This document shows, one piece after another, positions 28,014 through 35,433 of a stretch of 62,000 bases of DNA. The position numbers were made by a program, and so were the translations under genes. This DNA is from Hyalangium minutum (lineage in GTDB: Bacteria > Myxococcota > Myxococcia > Myxococcales > Myxococcaceae). The notes under the pieces are model-generated. The model was given only the letters and a program-made list of their open reading frames with translations. It was not told where the DNA came from and did not search any database. Where the stretch lies: the NCBI RefSeq assembly GCF_000737315.1, contig NZ_JMCB01000008.1:20001-82000 (forward strand), in the 5' to 3' direction. How positions within the stretch are numbered: position 1 is the stretch's first letter; each line of letters begins with the position of its first letter.

Positions 28014-28568
28014 CTAGCGCTCTGGGCCCTGGACGGAGATACCGCGCGAGGCCAGCGCCTGCGTGGCCTCGGTCCAAGCCTTGTCCAGCGCGCGCCACCG
28101 CCGGGAGCCGGGCCACAGCGCGTCCAGAAACCACCGGAGCTCCTGGCCCTCACGCGTGCGCACCACAAGGCGGCAATTGCTCAGAACGTAGATGGGGAGC
28201 CCCAAGCACAGCACGAGCACTCCGAGCCAGAGCAAGGACGGCCGCACCCAGTACAGGACGACGAGGTTCGCCACCGCGAGGGGCAGAAAGTACATGTTCG
28301 ATCGACGCTGCAGCCGCACCGTCTCGATCCGCGCGAGCTCCAGGGTCACGGGAGCCGCGCGAGGGCCCGCCTGATAGAGCAGAGCGTTCCCCACGCCCGC
28401 GATGGAGCGGCCGGCGCGGCCCTCGAGCCGAAGGAAGGCCGCATCCGGTGGGGAGCCCCCGGGCATGGGGGCATCCGGCAGCGGCTCGCCGCACACCGCA
28501 CACGGGCCCCGGCGGGCCGGCTGCGGCCTCCGGCACCTCGTACACATGACGAGGACCTCGGTCGGCAC
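28014..28568 (-). CDS. Hypothetical zinc-ribbon membrane protein
   Basis: N-terminal CxxC-x10-CxxC (CTRC...CAVC) and a two-TM hairpin. Fills the leuS-lptE gap. Alternative ATG at 28547. Confidence 0.65.
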   Translation of the reverse strand: MPTEVLVMCTRCRRPQPARRGPCAVCGEPLPDAPMPGGSPPDAAFLRLEGRAGRSIAGVGNALLYQAGPRAAPVTLELARIETVRLQRRSNMYFLPLAVANLVVLYWVRPSLLWLGVLVLCLGLPIYVLSNCRLVVRTREGQELRWFLDALWPGSRRWRALDKAWTEATQALASRGISVQGPER

Positions 28569-28583
28569 CGGGGCTCCCTCCGA

Positions 28584-31082
28584 TCAGCCGACGACGAAGT
28601 TCACCAGCCGCTTCGGGACGAAGACGAACTTGCGCAGCGTCTTGCCCGCCATGGCCGCCTTGACCCGCTCGTCCGCCTCGGCGGCGGCGCGCACCGCCGC
28701 CTCGTCCGCGTCCACGGGCACCTTGATCTCCGCGCGCAGCTTGCCGTTGACCTGCACCGCGTAGGGGATCTCGTCATCCACCACGAGCGCCGGATCAAAC
28801 GCCGGCCACTCCTGGTTCACGAGGAGCACCTTGGAGCCGTAGGCCTCGGCCAGCTCGTCGGCGATGTGCGGGGCGAACGGCGTGAGCATCACCGCCAGCA
28901 GCCGGATGGCCTCGGCCATGGCTGCCTTCTCCGCCGGCGTCTCGACCGTGCCCACCCCGTAGAGCACATTGATGTACTCCATGACGCCCGCGATGGCGGT
29001 GTTGAAGGACAGGCGCTCGATGGCCTCCCCCACCCGCTTCAGCGTCTTGTGCGCGGCGCGGCGGATCTCCAGCGCCTTGCCCTCGTACGTCCCGGAGTGC
29101 GTGGAGCCCACGACGCCCTCGTGCGTGGCGGCCAGCGTCCACACGCGCTTGAGGAAGCGGAAGGCGCCCTCCACCTGGGCATCGGACCAGTCGAAGTCGC
29201 GCTCGGGCGGGCCCGCGAAGAGCACATAGGTGCGCGCCGTGTCCGCGCCGTACTTCCTCACGATGGACGCCGGTGCCACCGAGTTGCCCCAGCGCTTGGA
29301 CATCTTCCGGCCGTCCGGGCCGTTCACGATGCCCTGCGTGACGAGGCGCGTGACGGGCTCGTCCACCGGCGACAAGCCCAGCTCCTTCATCACCCGCGTC
29401 CAGAAGCGGAAGTACAGCAGGTGCATCACCGCGTGCTCGGGGCCACCCACGTAGACGTCCACCGGGAGCCAGCGCTTGGCCTCGGCCGGATCGAACGGCG
29501 CCGCGTCGTAGTGCGGCGACAGGTAGCGCGCGAAGTACCAGCAGGAGTCGACGAACGTGTCCATCGTCTCCGCCTCGCGCCGGGCCGGACCACCGCACTT
29601 GGGGCACGTGGTGTTCACCCACGAGGCCACCTTGGCCAGCGGCGGCTCACCCTTACCGGTGAGCACTGCCTGGGTGTCGATCTCCGGCAGGCGCACCGGC
29701 AGCTGATCCACCGGTACGGGAATGCCGCGGCGCTCCGGATCGCACTTCTCGCAGTAGACGATGGGGATGGGCGTGCCCCAGTAGCGCTGGCGGCTGAAGC
29801 CCCAGTCCTTCTGGCGGTACGTGATGGTGAACTTGCCGCGGCCCTCGGCCTCCAGCTTCGCCGCCATCTTCCGGCGCGCCTCCTCCGAGGTGAGCCCGGT
29901 GTACTCGCCCGAGTCCACCAGCACGCCGTACTCCGTAGAGGCCGCCTCCAGCTTGTCTCCCTCGGGCAGCTTGTCGCCCTTGGCCGGCTGGATGACGACC
30001 TGGATGGGCAGGCTGTACTTGCGAGCGAACTCGAAGTCGCGCGCGTCATGGGCCGGCACACTCATGACCGCGCCCGTGCCGTAGTCGGACAGCACGAAGT
30101 TGGCGATCCAGATGGGCACCGGCTGGCCGGTGAACGGGTTGAGCGCGTACGCGCCCGTGAAGACGCCCTCCTTCGTGGCGCCCTCGGCGGTGCGGTCCGT
30201 CTTGCTGATGGCCGCCATCTTCGCCACGAAGGCATCCACCTCGGCGCGGCGCTCGGGCGTCGTCACCTTGGCCACCAGCTTGTGGTCCGGCGCCAGCACC
30301 ACGTACGTGCAGCCGTAGATGGTGTCGATGCGCGTGGTGAAGACGCGGATCTTCTCCTCGCTGCCCTTCACCGTGAAGTCGGCCTCGGCGCCCTCGGAGC
30401 GGCCGATCCAGTTGCGCTGCATGCTGGTGATGCGCTCGGGCCACTCCTTCAGCTCATCCAGCCCGTCCAGCAGCGCCTGCGAGTACTTCGTGATGCGGAA
30501 CGCCCACTCGGGCATCTCCTTGTCCAGCACCGGCGAGTCACAGCGCTCGCACACGCCCTCCTTCACCTGCTCGTTGGCGATGACGGTGAGGCAGCCGGTG
30601 CACCAGTTCACCTTGCTGAAGCGGCGGTACACCAGTCCGCGCCCCAGCATCTGGATGAAGAACCACTGGTTCCACCGGTAGTACTCGGGCTGGCTGGTGT
30701 TGACCTCGCGCGTCCAGTCGTAGCTGTAGCCCAGCGAGCGGATCTCCGCCTTGAACGAGTCGATGTTCTCCTGCGTCCGCACCGCCGGGTGCACGCCGTC
30801 CTTGATGGCCGCGTTCTCCGCCGGAAGCCCGAACGCGTCCCACCCCATGGGGTGCAGCACGTCGTAACCCTTCATCCGGAAGTAGCGCGCGTACACGTCC
30901 CCGATGAGGTAGTTGCGCACGTGCCCCATGTGCATCTTCCCGCTGGGGTACGGCAGCATCTCGAGGATGTACTTCTTGGGAGCTCCCGGCCGCGTGCCCG
31001 CACGGAACACGCCCTCCTGCTCCCAACGGATCTGCCACTTTCCTTCGATCGTCTGCGGCTCGTAGCGCTCGTTCATCGCCAT
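28584..31082 (-). CDS. leuS: Leucine--tRNA ligase
   Basis: MLPYPSG.HMGH (HIGH), CP1 editing motifs TTRIDT and GTGAVMSVPAHD, and KMSKR. Confidence 0.98.
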   Translation of the reverse strand: MAMNERYEPQTIEGKWQIRWEQEGVFRAGTRPGAPKKYILEMLPYPSGKMHMGHVRNYLIGDVYARYFRMKGYDVLHPMGWDAFGLPAENAAIKDGVHPAVRTQENIDSFKAEIRSLGYSYDWTREVNTSQPEYYRWNQWFFIQMLGRGLVYRRFSKVNWCTGCLTVIANEQVKEGVCERCDSPVLDKEMPEWAFRITKYSQALLDGLDELKEWPERITSMQRNWIGRSEGAEADFTVKGSEEKIRVFTTRIDTIYGCTYVVLAPDHKLVAKVTTPERRAEVDAFVAKMAAISKTDRTAEGATKEGVFTGAYALNPFTGQPVPIWIANFVLSDYGTGAVMSVPAHDARDFEFARKYSLPIQVVIQPAKGDKLPEGDKLEAASTEYGVLVDSGEYTGLTSEEARRKMAAKLEAEGRGKFTITYRQKDWGFSRQRYWGTPIPIVYCEKCDPERRGIPVPVDQLPVRLPEIDTQAVLTGKGEPPLAKVASWVNTTCPKCGGPARREAETMDTFVDSCWYFARYLSPHYDAAPFDPAEAKRWLPVDVYVGGPEHAVMHLLYFRFWTRVMKELGLSPVDEPVTRLVTQGIVNGPDGRKMSKRWGNSVAPASIVRKYGADTARTYVLFAGPPERDFDWSDAQVEGAFRFLKRVWTLAATHEGVVGSTHSGTYEGKALEIRRAAHKTLKRVGEAIERLSFNTAIAGVMEYINVLYGVGTVETPAEKAAMAEAIRLLAVMLTPFAPHIADELAEAYGSKVLLVNQEWPAFDPALVVDDEIPYAVQVNGKLRAEIKVPVDADEAAVRAAAEADERVKAAMAGKTLRKFVFVPKRLVNFVVG

Positions 31083-31094
31083 AGGTCGGTGCGC

Positions 31095-31123
31095 CTCTTA
31101 CGAGACGCCCGCTCGTGACGCAA
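31095..31123 (-). promoter_or_regulatory. Putative sigma70-type promoter of leuS
   Basis: Minus strand reads TTGCGT-N17-TAAGAG, 12 nt from the first ATG. Same -35 hexamer as the lysS promoter. Confidence 0.5.
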
Positions 31124-31192
31124 CAGGCTGCGCCCTCTGGAACCGAGGGAAACTCCTACATCGGTCCCTTACAGCCTTCATGAACTTTTCGC

Positions 31193-31221
31193 TTGCCACT
31201 GTTCATCCTGGGAGTCATGAT
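31193..31221 (+). promoter_or_regulatory. Putative sigma70-type promoter of the large lipoprotein gene
   Basis: TTGCCA-N17-CATGAT, ending 60 nt upstream of ATG 31282. Confidence 0.4.
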
Positions 31222-31281
31222 TTCCCTGTACCCAGAGCAATCAGGACCTGTCGGGGGTCCTTGCGCACCACGGGGGAATCG

Positions 31282-34200
31282 ATGACATCCAGGGTTAGTT
31301 GGGGAGCAGTTCTGCTGTCCGCGGCGATGACGGTGACGGGATGTGGCGAGGAGCCTTCCGAACTGTCCGCCGTACCAGAGGCCGAGGCCACCACGGTGGC
31401 CACTCACACGGCCATCCAGGCGCTGGCCAGCACCGACAAGGTGCTCATCCTGGGCAGCAGCGTGAGCGGCGGAGCGCAGAGCCGCGAGGCGCAGGCGGTG
31501 GCGGCGCTGTCGCCCAGCACGCAGGTTGACGTGGTGTCGGCGGAGCAGTGGCGGGCGATGACGGCCCAGCAGTTCATGTCGTATCGGGCGATCATCATCG
31601 GCGATGCGGCCTGCCAGAGCGGCACGGCGGCGTTCCAGGCGGCGGTGGACACCCGCAACGTCTGGGGCCCGATGATCGACGGCACCGTGGCGCTGGCCAG
31701 CACCAACCTGTCCAGCAACGGCACGCCGCACATGCTGGAGAACGCCATCGCGTTCGCGCTGGACTCGCCGCAGCAGCGCACGGGCATGTACGTCTCGCTG
31801 GGCTGCGCCTACCAGAGCGCCGCACCCAACACGGCGGTGCAGCTGCTCGAGCCGCTCGGCGTCTTCAAGGTGTCGGGCCTGCAGGCCTGCGCCAACGCCG
31901 GCCACATCTTCGAGATGAACACCGGCATCATGACCCGGAACCTCTCGGACTCGCAGCTGTCGTCCAGCGGGTGCGTGGCGCGCTCGGTGTTCACCCAGTA
32001 CCCCGACCGCAACTTCTCCTTCGTGGCGGTGGCGCGGAACACCTCCGGCGCTTCGCTGCCGGGCCAGCAGTCCTACACGGACTACATGGAGAACCCGGAG
32101 CAGGAGACGAGCTACAACGGCACGCCGTACCTGCTCGTGCGCGGGGCGTCGACCCTGAGCGCCGGCTGCGGCCTGTCGGACTACTCGCCTGCCGGTGAGG
32201 AGTGCGACATGGGCGACGGGTGGAACGGGCAGGCCGCGGTGCAGGGCCAGAACCCGCTCGATACCTGCTCGTACACGTGCCGCAACAACTGGTGCGGCGA
32301 TGGCGTGGTGGACGCGAACTTCGGTGAGGAGTGCGACAACGGCAACCAGAACGGCCGCTTGCTCAGCTCCGCCGGCGCCCTGGGCAACTGCTCTTCGGCC
32401 TGCAAGCTGATTGGCCCTTCCTCGCCGCCACCGAGCAACCCGCCCGTGGCGCGCTGCAAGGACGCGGTGGTGTCGGCCGGGTACACCTGCGGCGTGTACG
32501 CGAGCGTCGACAACGGCTCCTACGACCCGGACAATGACCTGGTGTCGTGCACGCAGAGCCCGGACAGCGTGTACGGCCTGGGCACCACGGCGGTGACGCT
32601 GACCTGCCGCGATGCCCAGAGCCACGTGTCCACGTGCAACGCCACGGTGACGGTGGTGGACAACACGCCGCCGGTGGTGACGCTCAACGGCTCCGCCAGC
32701 CACACGCTGGAGTGCAACCGGAACCTCGTGTACCCGGATCAGGGTGCCACCGGTCAGGACGCCTGCTCGGGCGCCCTGCCGACGGTGCGCTCGGGTGTGG
32801 TGAACATGGCCCAGGCCAGCACCTACAGCCTGACCTATACCGCGACGGACGGGTCTGGCAACCAGGGCTCGGCCACGCGCAGCGTCACCGTGGCGGACAC
32901 GCTGGCGCCGACCCTGACGCTGCTGGGCGCGGCTTCGGTGACCGCGGAGTGCGGCACTGCGTTCAATGACCCCGGGGCCGCGGTCTCGGATCAGTGCGTG
33001 AACAGCATCTCGGCCACGCGGTCCGGCGCGCTGAACCTCTCGGCGCCTGGCGCCTACACGCTGCGCTACGACGCGCGGGACCCGTCGAACAACGCGGCGG
33101 CGTTCAAGACCCGCACCGTGACCGTGAGGGACACGCTCAAGCCCACGGTGACCGTGCAGGGTGCCCTGAACCAGGCGGTGGAGTGCGGCAGCGCCTACAC
33201 GGACCCGGGTGCCACGGTGCAGGACCAGTGCGCGACCTCCCTGGCGGCGACGGCGACGGGCTCGGTCAATGCCTCGCAGCCGGGCACCTACACCCTGAGC
33301 TACCGGGCGGTGGATCCGTCCGGCAACGTGGGCACGGCCACCTCTTCTCGCACGGTGACGGTGAGCGACACGCTGGCGCCCGCCCTGACGCTCAACGGCC
33401 CGGCCTCGCTGCAGCTCGAGTGCGCCACCCCCTACACGGATCTGGGCGCCACGGCGCAGGACCTGTGCGCGGGTTCGGTGGCCGTCACGTCGACCGGCTC
33501 GGTGAACAACCGGCAGCTGGGTCCCCAGACGATCAGCTACAGCGCGAACGACGGCCGCGGCCACACCGCCTCGGCGACGCGCACGGTCACCGTCGCCGAC
33601 ACCCGGGCGCCGGCCATCACCGTGCAGGGCTCGCTCAACACCACGTATGAGTGCGGCTCCACGTATGTGGATCTGGGCGCCACGGCCTCGGACGCCTGCG
33701 CGGGCTCGGTGCCGGTCACCGCGACGCAGACGAGCAACCCGAACCAGCCGGGCAGCTTCACCATCACCTACTCGGCGGTGGACCCGTCCGGAAACTCGGC
33801 CACCTCGACCGCCACCCGCACGGTGTCGGTGAACGACAGCGCTCCGCCCACCCTGGTGCTCAACGGCCCGGCCACCCAGTCTCTGGAGTGCGGCTCCTCC
33901 TACGAGGACCCCGGCGCCCTGGCTCAGGATGCGTGCTTCGGCGATGTCACGGCCCGCATCACGCGGAGCGGCTCGGTGAACGCCAGCGCCCCGGGCACCT
34001 ACGCGCTCACCTACAACGTGACGGATCCCGCGGGCCAGGCCGCTCCGTCGGTCAGCCGCACGGTGAACGTCAGCGACACGCTGGCGCCGACCCTGACGGT
34101 GCAGGGCTCGCTCAACGCGCAGGTCGAGTGTGGCACGGCGTACAACGATGCGGGCGCCACGGCCTCGGACGTCTGCGCCGGGAACCTGAACTCCGCCATC

Positions 34201-35325
34201 CGCACCACCAGCAACGTCAACACCTCCGCTCCGGGCGGCTACACCGTGAGCTACGCGGTGACGGATGCCTCCGGCAACTCCGCCTCGGGCGGCCGGGCGG
34301 TGACGGTGCGTGACACCCAGGCGCCGGTCATCACGCCGCGCCCCGGTCCCTCCACCCTGGAGTGCAACGGCACGCCCTACGTGGAGCTGGGCGCCACGGC
34401 CAACGACGCCTGCCGTGGGGATCTGAGCTCGGCCATCACCACCACCAGCAACCTCGACCAGACGCGCTCGGGTACGTACAACGTCACCTACCGCGTGGCG
34501 GACGCCTCCGGGAACGTGGGCACCGCGGTGCGCATGCTCACCGTCGGCCCCTGCTCCACCAACTCGTGCACGAACATCCGCCTGGGTGACTACAACCTGT
34601 TCCTGCAGGAGAACTACACCGGTGGCCACGACGTGGTGGGCAAGGTGGCGGCGGGCGGCAACATCTCCATGACGGACTTCTCCGTCGGCATGGGCCTGCC
34701 GTCCTCCAACCTCTCCAACACGCTGGTGGCGGGCGGCAACCTGTCGCTGTCTCGCGGCTCCATCGGCGGCGACGCCTGGTACGGTGGCACGCTCACCGCG
34801 GACCAGAGCGTGTCGCAGTCGCGCGGCGTCCGCCGCCAGGGCACGCCGATCGACTTCGCGGCCAAGTTCAGCGAGCTGCGCGGCCTGACGGGTCAGCTGG
34901 CCAACATGACGGCCACGGGCACCACCCGCCGCGAGAGCTGGGGTGGCATCTCGATGACGGGCAACCGCTCCACGGTGAACGTGTTCGACATCAGCGCCAG
35001 CGCCTTCACCGGTGCGGTGTACTGGCAGATCAACGCGCCGGCCGGCTCGCTGGTGGTGGTCAACATCCGCGGCTCTGCGGCCCGGTTCACCAACTTCGGC
35101 ATCCAGTTCAGCGGCGGCATCGACCAGCACGGCGTCCTGTTCAACTTCGTGGACACCACGAGCATCACCGCCTCGGGCTTCGGCTTCTGGGGCACGGTCC
35201 TGGCGCCCTACGCGGACGTGAACTTCAACAACGGCAGCTGGGATGGCGGCATCTACGCGAAGTCCTTCACGGGCAACGCCGAGGGCCACATCAACCCGCT
35301 CAACGACCGCGACATCTGCCCGTGA
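31282..35325 (+). CDS. Large surface lipoprotein: myxobacterial Cys-rich repeats, 8 DUF5011/HYR-like Ig domains and a C-terminal choice-of-anchor A domain
   Basis: Lipobox VTG-C21 from ATG 31282. EECDMG..NG and CGDGVVD...GEECDNG..NG Cys repeats. Eight D-T-x-x-P-x-(I/L)-T...EC...D-x-G-A...D-x-C repeats. C-terminal YNLFLQENYTGGHDVVGKVAAGGN...FWGTVLAPYA...GSWDGGIYA. Confidence 0.88.
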   Translation: MTSRVSWGAVLLSAAMTVTGCGEEPSELSAVPEAEATTVATHTAIQALASTDKVLILGSSVSGGAQSREAQAVAALSPSTQVDVVSAEQWRAMTAQQFMSYRAIIIGDAACQSGTAAFQAAVDTRNVWGPMIDGTVALASTNLSSNGTPHMLENAIAFALDSPQQRTGMYVSLGCAYQSAAPNTAVQLLEPLGVFKVSGLQACANAGHIFEMNTGIMTRNLSDSQLSSSGCVARSVFTQYPDRNFSFVAVARNTSGASLPGQQSYTDYMENPEQETSYNGTPYLLVRGASTLSAGCGLSDYSPAGEECDMGDGWNGQAAVQGQNPLDTCSYTCRNNWCGDGVVDANFGEECDNGNQNGRLLSSAGALGNCSSACKLIGPSSPPPSNPPVARCKDAVVSAGYTCGVYASVDNGSYDPDNDLVSCTQSPDSVYGLGTTAVTLTCRDAQSHVSTCNATVTVVDNTPPVVTLNGSASHTLECNRNLVYPDQGATGQDACSGALPTVRSGVVNMAQASTYSLTYTATDGSGNQGSATRSVTVADTLAPTLTLLGAASVTAECGTAFNDPGAAVSDQCVNSISATRSGALNLSAPGAYTLRYDARDPSNNAAAFKTRTVTVRDTLKPTVTVQGALNQAVECGSAYTDPGATVQDQCATSLAATATGSVNASQPGTYTLSYRAVDPSGNVGTATSSRTVTVSDTLAPALTLNGPASLQLECATPYTDLGATAQDLCAGSVAVTSTGSVNNRQLGPQTISYSANDGRGHTASATRTVTVADTRAPAITVQGSLNTTYECGSTYVDLGATASDACAGSVPVTATQTSNPNQPGSFTITYSAVDPSGNSATSTATRTVSVNDSAPPTLVLNGPATQSLECGSSYEDPGALAQDACFGDVTARITRSGSVNASAPGTYALTYNVTDPAGQAAPSVSRTVNVSDTLAPTLTVQGSLNAQVECGTAYNDAGATASDVCAGNLNSAIRTTSNVNTSAPGGYTVSYAVTDASGNSASGGRAVTVRDTQAPVITPRPGPSTLECNGTPYVELGATANDACRGDLSSAITTTSNLDQTRSGTYNVTYRVADASGNVGTAVRMLTVGPCSTNSCTNIRLGDYNLFLQENYTGGHDVVGKVAAGGNISMTDFSVGMGLPSSNLSNTLVAGGNLSLSRGSIGGDAWYGGTLTADQSVSQSRGVRRQGTPIDFAAKFSELRGLTGQLANMTATGTTRRESWGGISMTGNRSTVNVFDISASAFTGAVYWQINAPAGSLVVVNIRGSAARFTNFGIQFSGGIDQHGVLFNFVDTTSITASGFGFWGTVLAPYADVNFNNGSWDGGIYAKSFTGNAEGHINPLNDRDICP
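32650..34545 (+). repeat. Eight tandem Ig-like domain repeats of about 78-80 aa (intragenic)
   Basis: Visible in the translation. An identical 24-mer GACACGCTGGCGCCGACCCTGACG occurs at 32896 and 34075, and an identical 18-mer GTGCAGGGCTCGCTCAAC at 33622 and 34099. Confidence 0.9.
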
Positions 35326-35330
35326 GGGAT

Positions 35331-35362
35331 GAGGCGGGAGCTCCACTGAGAGCTCCCGCTTC
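35331..35362. terminator. Strong hairpin between convergent surface-protein genes (likely terminator or RNA stability element)
   Basis: GAGGCGGGAGCTC-CACTGA-GAGCTCCCGCTTC: a 13-bp stem with one G-U pair, 6 nt after the stop codon. No poly-U tract. Confidence 0.6.
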
Positions 35363-35433
35363 GGCCTCCCGAAGCTGAATGCTGAGCACAGCCCTCGCCC
35401 CACCGGAGCCCGCTCCGGACCGGGGCGGGGGCT

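Noticed and set aside
31139-31166. Second ECF-type promoter (GGAACC...GTC) upstream of the large lipoprotein
   Set aside because: Spacing to GTC is 19 nt rather than about 16, and the -10 match is poor.
32650-34545. Possible CRISPR or DNA repeat array
   Set aside because: The repeats are degenerate, in frame and about 240 nt long, and they encode protein domains. There is no fixed repeat-spacer structure and no cas gene.
31156-35403. 1415-aa minus-strand ORF
   Set aside because: Antisense shadow of the large lipoprotein gene; its repeats only mirror the Ig repeats.
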